DNA from: Anaeromyxobacter sp.
GTDB lineage: Bacteria > Myxococcota > Myxococcia > Myxococcales > Anaeromyxobacteraceae
DNA length: 64,000 nt
Assembly (NCBI GenBank): GCA_049840735.1
Contig: JASGJN010000007.1
Location: 1-64,000, forward strand
Direction: 5' to 3'
The translations under genes were made by a program, and so were the position numbers. This document shows positions 43,473 through 53,930 of this stretch, in pieces; position 1 is the first letter of the stretch; every line of letters starts with the position of its first letter. A model generated the notes under the pieces. That model was not told the origin of the DNA. It was given only the letters and a program-made list of their open reading frames with translations, and ran no database searches.

Positions 43473-44963
43473 TCAGGGGGGCAGCAGGTCGGCCATCTCG
43501 GCCTCGGCCGTGCTGACGCGCTGCCCCACGAACCACTCCACCCAGGCCAGCGAGCCGTCGTAGGGGGATTCGGCCAGGGCCTCGGTCCCCGCGGTGAGGG
43601 GGCCGACCAGCGCGCCGGCCGCCTGGAAGCGCGGGCCCAGGGTGGTCCAGCGGAAGACGGGCTCCTCCCCCGCCACCAGCTCGGCCACGTAGCGCCGGTA
43701 GTCCTCGCGGAACTCCGGGACGGCCAGCACCGCCTCCATCAGCCGCGGCGTCATCCCCGCGTTGTGCGTCTCCCCCCAGGCCACGAACGGCGAGCTGTGG
43801 GTCGGGGCGCCGATGCAGTCGAACCCGAAGGTCAGGTCGTAGTCGTAGGGGATGAACCGCCAGCGCCCGTCCGGCGCCTGGAGCAGGTAGTAGTTGTTCC
43901 CGTTGCGCCAGTAGTCGTCGGCCATGCCCACCAGCGCGTTGACCGCCTGCGCCCGCAGCAGCGACTGGACGTCGATGGCGGCCTCCAGCGAGGCGCGGTG
44001 CGGGGTGCCGGCCAGGAGGCCGATGAGCTGGTCCAGCTCCGCCTCCGCCTCGGGGAACCGGTCCTCCTGCGTCTTGAGATCGTAGGCCGGCCGGTAGGGG
44101 CTCCAGTCGTTGTTCCAGCCGGCGGCCTCGGCGGCGTCCGCCGGGTCGGTCTTCTCCAGGCCGACGCGGCCCGAGTCCGGCGACCCGTCGCCGTCGGTCC
44201 GGGTGAGGTCGGCCGGGCCCTGCGCCTGCCAGAGCGACTTGAAGAGGAATCCGTTGCCGCCGAAGCGGCGCTTGACCCACTCCTTGTCGAGGTCCTCGAT
44301 CAGCTCCAGCACGCCCATGTAGCGCTCGGGCTCGTCGCCGATGCGGACGTAGAGCCGGACGAAGGCGGCCCGGGGCGCCTGGACGCCGGCGCGCCGGAAG
44401 GTGTCGTAGGCCATCACCTCGCGCAGGTAGGTCGTGTCCCCGCGGTTCTGCTTGAGGTTGACGCCGCGCAGGGTGGCCCAGGTCCGCCCCGCGTTCCCCG
44501 GCAGCTCGGGCAGGTCGATGGAGGGCGCGCCGTACACGCCCTCGTCGCCGTCGAAGGTCTCGTTGAACTTGATCTTGAAGTGGGCCCGGACCAGCGCGTG
44601 GGCCGGGTCGTGGAGCCCGGAGCCCGCCTCCGGCCGCGTCCGGCTCCAGGTGTTGCCGCGCAGCCGCACGCCCACCGCGGCCAGGGTGGTGCCGCCGACG
44701 GTGAAGTCGGCCCGGCGGTAGATCTCGTTGCGCGGGTTCTGGTCGTGGTCGTGGAGCAGGCCGTTCCACTCGTCCACGGTGAAGGCCAGGTGGAAGGCGT
44801 CAACCCGGTCGAGCGAGAAGGCCTGCTCGAAGGCGGGGTCGTAGGCCGGGATGGCCGGGATGCCCCACGCGTCCGGGTCGGGGCCGGCCTGGTCCTGCTC
44901 GCCCTGGCAGGCGGGCAGCGCGGCGGCGAGGAGCAGGCCCAGGGTCGGGAGCAGGCGGCGCAT
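43473..44963 (-). CDS. CotH kinase family lipoprotein
   Basis: Lipobox LPAC; VGVRLRGN, FKIKFN, LRE..AY, GNNYYL and IPYDYDLTFG motifs. Confidence 0.9.
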   Translation of the reverse strand: MRRLLPTLGLLLAAALPACQGEQDQAGPDPDAWGIPAIPAYDPAFEQAFSLDRVDAFHLAFTVDEWNGLLHDHDQNPRNEIYRRADFTVGGTTLAAVGVRLRGNTWSRTRPEAGSGLHDPAHALVRAHFKIKFNETFDGDEGVYGAPSIDLPELPGNAGRTWATLRGVNLKQNRGDTTYLREVMAYDTFRRAGVQAPRAAFVRLYVRIGDEPERYMGVLELIEDLDKEWVKRRFGGNGFLFKSLWQAQGPADLTRTDGDGSPDSGRVGLEKTDPADAAEAAGWNNDWSPYRPAYDLKTQEDRFPEAEAELDQLIGLLAGTPHRASLEAAIDVQSLLRAQAVNALVGMADDYWRNGNNYYLLQAPDGRWRFIPYDYDLTFGFDCIGAPTHSSPFVAWGETHNAGMTPRLMEAVLAVPEFREDYRRYVAELVAGEEPVFRWTTLGPRFQAAGALVGPLTAGTEALAESPYDGSLAWVEWFVGQRVSTAEAEMADLLPP

Positions 44964-45026
44964 GGAGACCTCCGCCGCTGGTTGTAAATCAGCCGCGCCC
45001 CGCCAGGGGAGGGGAATGGTCGCCCC

Positions 45027-45382
45027 TCAGCGCTCGGCCAGCCAGTCCAGCGCCACCGGCTCGTCCTCGAAGATCTGCAGGTCCCGCCGCCCGTGCAGCT
45101 TGAGGCTGGTGACGACCACCTTCCAGAAGCTGGTCCCGATCACGGCGCTGGCCGACACGTAGGGCAGGTTGGCCCGCGCGTAGCGCTTGAGCGCCTCGGC
45201 GCTCTCCTCGTTGAAGCGGCAGCGCAGCACCGTCAGGATGCGCAGCGAGTGCGGCGGGTGGGTGGAGATTTCCGCCCGGCCTGCAGGAAGGCCTGCAGCA
45301 GCTCCGCGTGCGTCAGCGACTCGCCGTAGTCGAGCCGCAGGATCCGCTTGCCCTTGTGCTCGATGTAGGTGGGCTGGAACAT
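45027..45382 (-). CDS. STAS/SEC14-like small protein; frameshift at ~45270
   Basis: MFQPTYIEHKGKRILRLDY joins ...ASAVIG...IFEDEPVALDWLAER. Confidence 0.65.
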
Positions 45383-45522
45383 GTGTGGGTCTGGCGCGTG
45401 CGGCGACGCGCCACAACATAGCGCGGTTCCGGCGCCGGCCAGAGAAATCCCGCAGCGCGATCCCGGCTGCTCCGCCTCACGCAGGCACTACACTGGCGCG
45501 CCACCCCACCGGAGGAGACCCC

Positions 45523-46407
45523 GTGCCTGGACCCGGAACCGCTCCGACCCTCTCCAGGCTGCTGCTCGGGACCTGGCGCGCCGATCGCTGGGGCATGGAC
45601 GCCGCCGCGCTGCGGGGGTTCATCGAGGCGGCCGCAGGGCTGGGCGTCACCACCGTGGACACCGCCGACATCTACTGCGGGTACGGCTGCGAGGCGCTCC
45701 TGGGGGCCGCGCTCGGCCCGTCGCCCGGGCTGAGGGCGCGGCTGCAGCTGGTCACCAAGGCCGGCATCCGCGTGCCCTGCGCCGCGCAGCCGGGCGTGCG
45801 GGTGAAGCACTACGACACCTCGCGCGCCTACCTGGTGGGCCAGGTGGAGCGCGCGCTGGCGGCGCTCCGCACCGACCGCGTCGAGGTCCTGCTGGTGCAC
45901 CGGCCGGATCCGCTGCTGGACGCCGACGAGGTGGCCGCGGCCTTCGACGACCTGCGCCGCCGCGGGCTGGTGCTGGCGTTCGGCGTCTCCAACTTCACGC
46001 CCGCCCAGCTCGAGCTGCTCCAGTCGCGGCTGCCGTTCCCGCTGGTCACGAACCAGGTGGAGTGCTCGCTCGCGCACCTGGCGCCGCTCCTCGACGGGAC
46101 GCTCGACCAGTGCCAGCGGCTGCGCCTCCCCGTGCAGGCCTGGTCGCCGCTGGGCGGCGGCCGGCTGCTGCAGGAGGGCGGTGCCCTGGGCGCCCGGCTG
46201 CAGGAGACCGGCGCCGAGCTGGGCGGCGCGGCGCCGGACCAGGTGGCGCTGGCCTGGCTGCTCCGCCACCCGGCGCGCATCCACCCGGTGCTGGGCACCG
46301 GCCGGCTGGACCGGCTGCGCGGCGCCGTGGGGGCGCTGGCGCTGCCGCTCGATCGCCAGCAGTGGTTCCGCCTGCTGGAGGCGGCGCAGGGGCGGGAGGT
46401 GCCGTAG
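45523..46407 (+). CDS. Aldo/keto reductase (YdhF-like)
   Basis: DTADIY, LVTKAGI, LLVHRPDPL, FGVSNF, NQVE and AWSPLGGG motifs. Confidence 0.93.
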   Translation: MPGPGTAPTLSRLLLGTWRADRWGMDAAALRGFIEAAAGLGVTTVDTADIYCGYGCEALLGAALGPSPGLRARLQLVTKAGIRVPCAAQPGVRVKHYDTSRAYLVGQVERALAALRTDRVEVLLVHRPDPLLDADEVAAAFDDLRRRGLVLAFGVSNFTPAQLELLQSRLPFPLVTNQVECSLAHLAPLLDGTLDQCQRLRLPVQAWSPLGGGRLLQEGGALGARLQETGAELGGAAPDQVALAWLLRHPARIHPVLGTGRLDRLRGAVGALALPLDRQQWFRLLEAAQGREVP

Positions 46408-46449
46408 CGGGCTCACGGCGGGCGAGCGGCCAGACCTCGGGGCGAGCCC

Positions 46450-46502
46450 CCGTTCGTGCTGAGCGCAGCGAGGCCGCAGGCCGAGCGGACTCGAAGCACG
46501 GG
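46450..46502 (+). repeat. Palindromic repeat copy
   Basis: CCGTTCGTGCTGAGCGCAGC...GCGGACTCGAAGCACGGG, between convergent genes. Confidence 0.8.
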
Positions 46503-46507
46503 ACCGC

Positions 46508-46927
46508 TCACGGCCCCGCCAGCACCAGGTCCTCGCCCTCCGGCACGTGGCGCAGGGCGGCGCTGTTCATGCAGAAGCGGAGCCCGGTGGGCGGCGGGCC
46601 GTCGGGGAAGACGTGGCCCAGGTGGCCGTCGCAGCGGGCGCAGCGGACCTCCGTCCGGCGCATGCCGTAGGAGCGGTCGTCGATCTGCGTGAGGGCGTCG
46701 GGGGCCACCGGCTCGGTGAAGGACGGCCAGCCGGTGCCGGACTCGAACTTGCGCCCGGACCGGAAGAGCGGGTTGCCGCAGCCGGCGCAGGCATAGGTGC
46801 CCGGCTCCTTGGTCCCCAGGTAGCAGCCGGTCCCGGGGCGCTCCGTGCCGTGCCGGCGCAGCACGTCGTACTGCTCGGGGGTGAGGCGGCGGCGCCACTC
46901 CTCGTCAGGCAGGGTCAGCTTCTCCAT
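46508..46927 (-). CDS. msrB: Peptide-methionine (R)-S-oxide reductase
   Basis: [28 protein letters not shown] and RFCMNSAAL motifs. Confidence 0.97.
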   Translation of the reverse strand: MEKLTLPDEEWRRRLTPEQYDVLRRHGTERPGTGCYLGTKEPGTYACAGCGNPLFRSGRKFESGTGWPSFTEPVAPDALTQIDDRSYGMRRTEVRCARCDGHLGHVFPDGPPPTGLRFCMNSAALRHVPEGEDLVLAGP

Positions 46928-47096
46928 CCGGCGGTCTCCATGAGCGCTTGGCCGGGCACGCCCGTGCCCGGAACCCCTCATCCCTAATGGCGCCCGGGCG
47001 CTGCGGCAGGACGCGCCGGGGCCGTGGTCCCGGCGCCCCCGGGGGGCGCCAATCCGCCCGTGGCATCGGTCCGCGGCGTGGGGTAAGACGCCGGCC

Positions 47097-48734
47097 ATGC
47101 CGACGACCAACGACCTCACCCGGACGCCCGCCTGGAAGGCGCTCCAGGACCACTGCAAGACGCTCGCCCCCGTCCACCTGCGCGACCTGTTCGCCCGCGA
47201 CGCCGGCCGCGGCGAGCGGCTCACCGCCGAGGGCGCCGGCCTCTACCTCGACTACTCCAAGCAGCGGGTCACCGAGGAGACCGTCCGGCTGCTGGCCGCG
47301 CTGGCCGACGCCCGCGGGTTCGCGGCGCGCCGCGAGGCCATGTTCACCGGCGAGAAGATCAACGTCACCGAGAAGCGCGCCGTGCTGCACGTGGCGCTGC
47401 GCGCCCCCCGCACGGCCAAGATCCTGGTCGACGGGGTGGACGTGGTGCCGGAGGTGCACGCGGTCCTGGACCGGATGAGCGCCTTCGCCGAGCGCGTCCG
47501 CAGCGGCGCCTGGACCGGCCACACCGGCAAGCGCATCCGCAACGTCGTCAACGTGGGCATCGGCGGCTCGGACCTGGGCCCGGTCATGGCCTACGAGGCG
47601 CTGCGGGCGTACACCGCCCGCGAGCTCACCTTCCGCTACGTCTCCAACGTGGACGGCACCGACGTGGCCGAGGCCACGCGCGACCTGGATCCGGCCGAGA
47701 CGCTGGTGATCGTCTCCTCCAAGACCTTCACCACCCAGGAGACCATGACCAACGCCTCCTCGGCGCGGAGCTGGCTGCTGGCCGCGCTGAAGGATCCGGC
47801 CGCGGTGGCCAAGCACTTCGTGGCGGTCTCCACCAACGAGGCCGAGGTCCGCAAGTTCGGCATCGACCCGGCCAACATGTTCGGCTTCTGGGACTGGGTG
47901 GGCGGCCGCTACTCGATGGACTCGGCCATCGGCCTCTCCACCATGCTGGCGGTCGGGCCGGACGGCTTCCGCGAGCTGCTGGCCGGCTTCCACGCCATGG
48001 ACGAGCACTTCCGCACCGCCCCCATCGCCCGCAACCTGCCGGCGCTGGTGGGGCTCATCGGGCTGTGGAACATCGACTTCCTCGGCGCCGACACCGTGGC
48101 CGTGCTCCCGTACGACCAGTACCTGAAGCGCTTCCCGGCCTACCTCCAGCAGCTCACCATGGAGTCGAACGGCAAGCAGGTGACGATCGACGGCGCGCCC
48201 ATCGAGGACCACGCCACCGGCGCCATCTACTGGGGCGAGCCCGGCACCAACGGCCAGCACTCGTTCTACCAGCTGCTGCACCAGGGCACGCACCTGGTCC
48301 CGGCCGACTTCATCGGCTTCTGCCAGACGCAGAACCCGGTGGGCCGCCACCACGACCTGCTCATGGCCAACCTGCTGGCCCAGGGCGAGGCGCTGGCCTT
48401 CGGCAAGACGGCCGACGAGGTCCGCAAGGAGGGGACGGCGGAGTGGCTGGTGCCGCACCGCACCTTCCCCGGCAACCGCCCGTCCTCCACCATCCTGGCG
48501 GACAAGCTCACCCCGGCCATCCTGGGCGCGCTGGTGGCGCTCTACGAGCACGCGGTGTTCACCCAGGGCGTGGTCTGGGGCGTGAACCCCTACGACCAGT
48601 GGGGCGTCGAGCTGGGCAAGGTGCTGGCCAAGAAGATCGTCCCCGAGCTGGAGGCCAAGGAGGAGCCGGCCCTGGCCCACGACTCGTCCACCAGCGCCCT
48701 GATCCGCCGCTACCGCGCCCGCCGCGGGCGGTAG
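47097..48734 (+). CDS. pgi: Glucose-6-phosphate isomerase
   Basis: [39 protein letters not shown] and DQWGVELGK motifs. Confidence 0.98.
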   Translation: MPTTNDLTRTPAWKALQDHCKTLAPVHLRDLFARDAGRGERLTAEGAGLYLDYSKQRVTEETVRLLAALADARGFAARREAMFTGEKINVTEKRAVLHVALRAPRTAKILVDGVDVVPEVHAVLDRMSAFAERVRSGAWTGHTGKRIRNVVNVGIGGSDLGPVMAYEALRAYTARELTFRYVSNVDGTDVAEATRDLDPAETLVIVSSKTFTTQETMTNASSARSWLLAALKDPAAVAKHFVAVSTNEAEVRKFGIDPANMFGFWDWVGGRYSMDSAIGLSTMLAVGPDGFRELLAGFHAMDEHFRTAPIARNLPALVGLIGLWNIDFLGADTVAVLPYDQYLKRFPAYLQQLTMESNGKQVTIDGAPIEDHATGAIYWGEPGTNGQHSFYQLLHQGTHLVPADFIGFCQTQNPVGRHHDLLMANLLAQGEALAFGKTADEVRKEGTAEWLVPHRTFPGNRPSSTILADKLTPAILGALVALYEHAVFTQGVVWGVNPYDQWGVELGKVLAKKIVPELEAKEEPALAHDSSTSALIRRYRARRGR

Positions 48735-48768
48735 GCGGAGATCGCGAGGCCGGCTCCGGGCAAGCCCT

Positions 48769-48989
48769 CCGGTCCGGCCTCGCAGTCAGCCACCGGTCCG
48801 GCCTCCCCGTTCGTCCTGAGCGTAGCGGCCCGCGCAGCGGGCCGCGGAGTCGAAGGACAGGGCCCGCCCGCAGGTCCGGGCCACCGGTCCGGCCCCGCAG
48901 TCAGCCACCGGGGGTCCGGCCTCCCCGTTCGTCCTGAGCGTAGCGGCCCGCGCAGCGGGCCGCGGAGTCGAAGGACAGGGCCCGCCCGC
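48769..48989 (+). repeat. Tandem duplication (~105 bp) containing two identical palindromic repeat copies
   Basis: Units 48769-48871 and 48884-48989; cores CCGTTCGTCCTGAGCGTAGCGGCCCGCGCAGCGGGCCGCGGAGTCGAAGGACAGG at 48807 and 48925. Confidence 0.92.
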
Positions 48990-49054
48990 GGGCGCGACGG
49001 GTCCCCCCCCGCCCTGGGCTTGAGCCCGGGGGCGGGGCGGGCCACTCGACCGGG

Positions 49055-49810
49055 GTGGAGCCACCGGTCCTCGAGCTCGCCGGCGTGGTGAAGGGGTTCG
49101 GCGGCGCGCGCGCCGTGGGGCCGCTCCACCTGGCGGTGTCCCGCGGCGACTCCGTCGCGCTGGTGGGCCCCAGCGGCGCGGGCAAGTCCACGCTGCTGCG
49201 GCTCATGCTGGGGCTCGTGGCCCCCGACGCCGGCGAGGTGCGCCGCGCCGGACGCCCGCTCGATCCCGCCGACCACGCCGCCCGCCGCGCCTGCGGCTAC
49301 GTGGTCCAGGGCGGCGGCCTCTTCCCGCACCTCACCGCGGCCGGGAACGCCGCGCTGGTGGCCCGCCACCTGCGCTGGCCGGCCGCGCGCGTCGCGGCCC
49401 GCCTGCGCGAGCTGGCGGCGCTGGCCCGGCTGCCCACGGCGGCCATGGCGCGCTTCCCGGCCGAGCTGTCCGGCGGGCAGGCGCAGCGGGTGAGCCTGAT
49501 GCGGGCGCTCTTCCTCGACCCGCCGCTGCTGCTCCTGGACGAGCCGCTGGGCGCGCTCGATCCCATCACGCGCGCCGACCTGCAGGACGACCTGGCCCAG
49601 GCCTTCCGCGCCCTGGGCAAGACGGTGGTGCTGGTCACCCACGACCTGGCCGAGGCGGCCCGCCTGGCCTCGCGGCTGGTGGTGCTGCGCGAGGGGCGGA
49701 CGGAGCAGGACGGGCCCCTGGAGGCGCTGCTGCGCGCGCCGGCCTCGCCCTTCGTGCGCCGCTTCGTGCGGGCGCAGCGCGGGCTGCCGCCGGCGCCGGA
49801 GGAGGCGTGA
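49055..49810 (+). CDS. Osmoprotectant ABC transporter ATP-binding protein
   Basis: GPSGAGKST, LFPHLT, LSGGQAQR, DEPLGALDPITR and VTHD motifs. Confidence 0.9.
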   Translation: MEPPVLELAGVVKGFGGARAVGPLHLAVSRGDSVALVGPSGAGKSTLLRLMLGLVAPDAGEVRRAGRPLDPADHAARRACGYVVQGGGLFPHLTAAGNAALVARHLRWPAARVAARLRELAALARLPTAAMARFPAELSGGQAQRVSLMRALFLDPPLLLLDEPLGALDPITRADLQDDLAQAFRALGKTVVLVTHDLAEAARLASRLVVLREGRTEQDGPLEALLRAPASPFVRRFVRAQRGLPPAPEEA

Positions 49811-51315
49811 GCCCGGCCGCGGCCTGGCTGGCGCTGGCGCTGGCCGCCGGCGGGCCCTCCGTCCGTGGTGAGCCTGACGACCCACGGACGGCGCCTGCCC
49901 GGGTGGTGATCGGCTCCAAGTCCTTCACCGAGTCGGTGGTGCTGGGCGAGCTGGGCCGGGCCGCGGCCGCGGCCGCCGGCGCGCAGGCGGAGCACCGGCG
50001 TGAGCTGGGCGGCACGCGGCTGCTCTGGGAGGCGCTGCTGCGCGGCGACCTCGACGCCTACCCGGACTACACCGGCACGCTGGCGCGCGAGATCCTGGGC
50101 ACCCAGGAGACGTCGCCCGAGGGGCTGCGGGCGCTGCTGGAGCCGCGCGGCGTGGGGCTCTCCGCGCCGCTCGGCTTCGACGACACCTACGCGCTGGGCG
50201 TGCGCCGCGAGGTGGCGGAGCGGCTGGGGCTGCGGCGCATCTCGGACCTGGCCGCCCACCCGGCGCTGCGGCTCGGCTTCACCAGCGAGTTCATGGACCG
50301 GGCCGACGGCTGGCCGGCGCTGCGCGCCCGCTACGGCCTCCCCCAGCGCGAGGTGCGCGGCCTGGAGCACGACCTGGCCTACCGCGCGCTGGCCGCCGGG
50401 GAGCTGGACGTGACCGACCTCTACTCCACCGACGCCGAGATCGCGCGGCTGGGCGTGCGGGTGCTGGAGGACGACCGCCACGTCTTCCCGGAGTACCAGG
50501 CGGTCTGGGTCTACCGGCTGGACCTGGCCCGGCGCGCGCCGGCCGCGCTGGCGGCGCTGCGCGGGCTGGAGGGGCGGATCGACGAGGCGCGGATGCGGGC
50601 CATGAACGCGGCGGTGCAGCTGGAGGGGCGCGCCCCCGAGGCGGTGGCGGCGGGGTTCCTGGGGGGCACGGCGGGCGCCGCCGAGGGGCGGGCGGCGCGG
50701 ATCTGGGCGCGCACGCTGGAGCACCTGGCGCTGGTGGCCACGGCGCTCTCGGCGGCGGTGGCGCTGGCGGTGCCGCTGGGGATCTGGGCGGCACAGCGGC
50801 CGCGCGCCGGGCGGGCGGTGCTGGCGGTGGTGGGGGTGGTGCAGACCATCCCTTCGCTGGCGCTGCTGGTGGCGCTGGTGCCGCTCCTGGGGATTGGCGC
50901 GCGGCCGGCCATCGCGGCCCTCTTCCTGTACGGCCTGCTCCCCATCGTGCGGAACACGCACGCCGGGCTCACCGGGATCGCCCCGGAGGTGCGCGAGTCG
51001 GCGCTGGCGCTGGGGCTGCCGCCGGTGGCCCGCCTGCGCCGGGTGGAGCTGCCGCTGGCCGCGCCGGCCATCCTGGCCGGCGTGAAGACCTCGGCGGTGA
51101 TCGCGGTGGGCACCGCCACGCTGGGGGCGCTGGTGGGCGCCGGCGGCTACGGGCAGCCCATCCTCACCGGCGTGCGGCTGGCCTCGGTCCCGCTCCTGCT
51201 GGAGGGGGCGGTGCCCGCCGCCGCGCTGGCGCTGCTGGTGCAGGGCGCCTTCGACGGGCTGGAGCGCTGGCTGGTGCCGCGGGGGCTGCGGAGGGTCGCG
51301 GTCAGCCCAGGCTGA
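49807..51315 (+). CDS. Glycine betaine/choline ABC transporter, fused substrate-binding protein and permease
   Basis: IGSKSFTES, YPDYTGT, DLYSTD, QTIPSLALL and EAA-loop (ESALALGL) motifs. Confidence 0.92.
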   Translation: MSPAAAWLALALAAGGPSVRGEPDDPRTAPARVVIGSKSFTESVVLGELGRAAAAAAGAQAEHRRELGGTRLLWEALLRGDLDAYPDYTGTLAREILGTQETSPEGLRALLEPRGVGLSAPLGFDDTYALGVRREVAERLGLRRISDLAAHPALRLGFTSEFMDRADGWPALRARYGLPQREVRGLEHDLAYRALAAGELDVTDLYSTDAEIARLGVRVLEDDRHVFPEYQAVWVYRLDLARRAPAALAALRGLEGRIDEARMRAMNAAVQLEGRAPEAVAAGFLGGTAGAAEGRAARIWARTLEHLALVATALSAAVALAVPLGIWAAQRPRAGRAVLAVVGVVQTIPSLALLVALVPLLGIGARPAIAALFLYGLLPIVRNTHAGLTGIAPEVRESALALGLPPVARLRRVELPLAAPAILAGVKTSAVIAVGTATLGALVGAGGYGQPILTGVRLASVPLLLEGAVPAAALALLVQGAFDGLERWLVPRGLRRVAVSPG

Positions 51316-51517
51316 CCGCCCGCGAGCGCGCGCGCTGCGGGGAGCGCCCGCTGCCCAGGCGCGAGCTGGAGAGCGTGCCGACGTGCGAGGCCAGCCCCTG
51401 GAGCCCGGGCGTGCGCCGGGCGCGCAGGCGCGGGGCGCGGCGCGGCCGGGAGGCGTGGGCCACCCACAGCGAGGTCAGCGCGAGCGCGAGGAGTCCCCAG
51501 CCGATCGGTCCGAGCAT
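51302..51517 (-). CDS. Small single-TM hypothetical protein
   Basis: N-terminal TM, Arg-rich linker, HVGTLS; resembles its neighbour. Confidence 0.55.
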   Translation of the reverse strand: MLGPIGWGLLALALTSLWVAHASRPRRAPRLRARRTPGLQGLASHVGTLSSSRLGSGRSPQRARSRAVSLG

Positions 51518-51598
51518 GTTCTCACCCCCGGTGAGAACGAGGAACCACGAGCCGGGACCGGGTTTGAAGCCCGCAACGGGCGAGCCCGCGCGGGCGCG

Positions 51599-51838
51599 TC
51601 AGTGCACCGCGGCCGGAGGCCCCATCCGGCGCCTGGCCTGGCGCACCGGGATGGAGAGGTCGTGGTCCAGGTGGCTCAGCGCCCCCACGTGCGCGACGAA
51701 GTGGAGCGCCCCTGCCCGGCGCGGGCCGCCCAGGCGCTGCAGCGGGCCAGCGCGGCGCCGGCGCAGCGCCACGCGCACCGCCATCACGGCGGCGAGGAGG
51801 GCGAGGATCGCGTAGGGCAGGTTCGGGTGGAGGCTCAT
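51599..51838 (-). CDS. Small single-TM hypothetical protein
   Basis: GGAG RBS, N-terminal TM, Arg-rich linker, HVGALS. Confidence 0.55.
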   Translation of the reverse strand: MSLHPNLPYAILALLAAVMAVRVALRRRRAGPLQRLGGPRRAGALHFVAHVGALSHLDHDLSIPVRQARRRMGPPAAVH

Positions 51839-51970
51839 GGCCGCTCCGCCGGTCAGGCAAGACCGAGGGCCTAAGCTCGATCCGCCCGCGCCGGCGCGCC
51901 AATCCCCGGTCAGGGGTCGCGCGTGCAGGCGGAGCGAGCGCCGCGCCGCGAACGGGGGCACAATGAGGGG

Positions 51971-52540
51971 ATGGCGGAGCTCTGGCTGGTGAGGCACGGA
52001 GAGACGGAGTGGAGCCGCATCGGACGCCACACCGGGCGGAGCGACCCGGCCTTGACCGCGGAGGGTGAGGCGCAGGCACGCGCCCTGGCGCCGCTCCTGG
52101 AGGGGGTGGCCTTCGACGAGGTCTGGGTCAGCCCGCTGCGGCGCGCGCGCGACACCTGCCGGCTGGCCGGCTTCGGCGAGCGCGCCCGGGTCGAGCCGGC
52201 GCTGATGGAGTGGGACTACGGCGCGCTGGAGGGGCGCACGCGCGAGGAGGTGCGCCGCGAGCTGCCCGGCTGGACCATCTGGACCGGCCCCTGGCCCGGC
52301 GGCGAGACGCTGGCGGACGTGGCTGCGCGGGCGGGCCTGGTGGTGGAGCGCGCCCGCGCCACGTCAGGGCGCGTGCTCGCCTTCGCGCACGGCCACCTGA
52401 TCCGCGCCGTGGCGCTGCGCTGGGCGGGGCTGCCGCCGGAGGCGGGGGGCGCGCTGGCGCTCGACCCGGCGCGGCTGGTGGTGCTGGGCACCGAGCGCGA
52501 CGACGAGCCGGTGATCCGGCTCTGGAACGCGCGGCCCTGA
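51971..52540 (+). CDS. Histidine phosphatase (phosphoglycerate mutase family)
   Basis: LVRHGETEWS, SPLRRA, EWDYG and FAHG motifs. Confidence 0.93.
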   Translation: MAELWLVRHGETEWSRIGRHTGRSDPALTAEGEAQARALAPLLEGVAFDEVWVSPLRRARDTCRLAGFGERARVEPALMEWDYGALEGRTREEVRRELPGWTIWTGPWPGGETLADVAARAGLVVERARATSGRVLAFAHGHLIRAVALRWAGLPPEAGGALALDPARLVVLGTERDDEPVIRLWNARP

Positions 52541-52703
52541 GGCGCAGGCCGGCGGGCTCCGGCCAGTCCAGGCGCGGCCGCTCCCGGGGAGCGCGCCCGG
52601 ACGTTCCGTCGTGTGGGAGATCGACCGCGGATGCAGGCGGGGCGGCCAGCGGGCCGGTTCCGCGCCGCCGCGGCCCTCGGTTCGGCTACGATGCCCGACC
52701 GTC

Positions 52704-53897
52704 ATGACCATCGGCTCCGCCTCCCGGGCGTCAGCTCCCTCGCACCCCGGTCCCCGGGATCAGCGGATGGCGCGCCTGCCCGCCGATCACCGCAACGTCC
52801 TGCCGGACCTCCGTCGCGCGGAGGGCGCCAGGCTGCAGCGGGAGATGGAGCTGGTCGGCGGGAGCCCCATCGTCGCCGCGGTCCTGGAGGTCTCGGACGC
52901 GATCCTCCTGGTCCTGAACGCCGAGCGCCAGATCGTGGCCTTCAACAGCCGCGTCCCCGGGGTCTCCCGGCGCGACCTGTGCGGCCTCCGACCGGGCGAG
53001 GCGCTCGACTGCGTCAACGCCGCCGGGCCGGGAGGCTGCGGGGCCGCGCCCGGCTGCGCCACCTGCGGCGCGCTGGGGGCCATCCTGGTGAGCCAGGGCA
53101 CGGGTCGCCCGGTCGAGGCGGAGTGCTCGATCCGCAGCCAGGACGCCACCGCCGCCCACGAGTTCAACGCCCGCGCCGCCCCGGTGGTCGTGGAGGGGCA
53201 CACGTTCACGGTCCTCTCGCTGCGCGACATCTCCGCGGAGAAGCGGCGCCAGGTGCTGGAGCAGATCTTCTTCCACGACGTGTTCAACACCGTCACCGCG
53301 CTGCGCAACTGGTCGGTGCTGCTGCAGCGCGCCCCGGACCCGCGCCGCCCCGCCGAGCGGCTGGAGGCGCTCTCCCGCCAGCTCGAGCGCGAGCTGCGCC
53401 ACCAGCGCGCGCTGAGCGAGGCCGAGCGCGGCACGCTCCAGCCGCAGTGGGAGGAGCTCTCCGCGGGGGAGGTGCTGGAGGAGGTGCGCGGGGCCTGCGC
53501 CGAGCACCCGCTGGCCCAGCAGCGCCCGCTCGACCTCGAGCCGCCGCCGGCCGGCCTCGCGCTGGTGAGCGATCGCTGCCTGCTGGCCCGGGTCCTCCTG
53601 AACGGGGTCGTGAACGCGCTGGAGGCCGCGCCGCCCGGCGGCCGGGTCTGGCTGCGCGCGCGCGCCGAGGACGGCGGCGCGGTGTTCGAGATCGGGAACG
53701 AGGGCGTCCTGGCGCCGGACGTCCGGGCGCGCATCTTCCAGCGCTCGTTCAGCACCAAGGCCGCGCGCGGGCGGGGGCTCGGGACCTACGCCATGAAGCT
53801 CCTCGGCGAGGCCTACCTGGGCGGGCGGGTCTCCTTCCTGTCCACGGCCGAGGCCGGGACGGTGTTCACGGTAGAGCTCCCGGGCCGGCCGGGCTGA
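52704..53897 (+). CDS. Cytoplasmic sensor histidine kinase with Cys-rich PAS-like input
   Basis: H-box FFHDVFN, N-box NGVVNALEA, FSTK..GRGLGTY; C-x8-C-x5-C-x2-C in the N-terminal domain. Confidence 0.88.
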   Translation: MTIGSASRASAPSHPGPRDQRMARLPADHRNVLPDLRRAEGARLQREMELVGGSPIVAAVLEVSDAILLVLNAERQIVAFNSRVPGVSRRDLCGLRPGEALDCVNAAGPGGCGAAPGCATCGALGAILVSQGTGRPVEAECSIRSQDATAAHEFNARAAPVVVEGHTFTVLSLRDISAEKRRQVLEQIFFHDVFNTVTALRNWSVLLQRAPDPRRPAERLEALSRQLERELRHQRALSEAERGTLQPQWEELSAGEVLEEVRGACAEHPLAQQRPLDLEPPPAGLALVSDRCLLARVLLNGVVNALEAAPPGGRVWLRARAEDGGAVFEIGNEGVLAPDVRARIFQRSFSTKAARGRGLGTYAMKLLGEAYLGGRVSFLSTAEAGTVFTVELPGRPG

Positions 53898-53930
53898 GCG
53901 GGCGAGCGCGGATCGGGAGCGGCGCCCGGG

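Noticed and set aside
48769..48989. Possible CRISPR array
   Set aside because: Only two units, no unique spacers and no cas genes; it belongs to the dispersed palindromic family.
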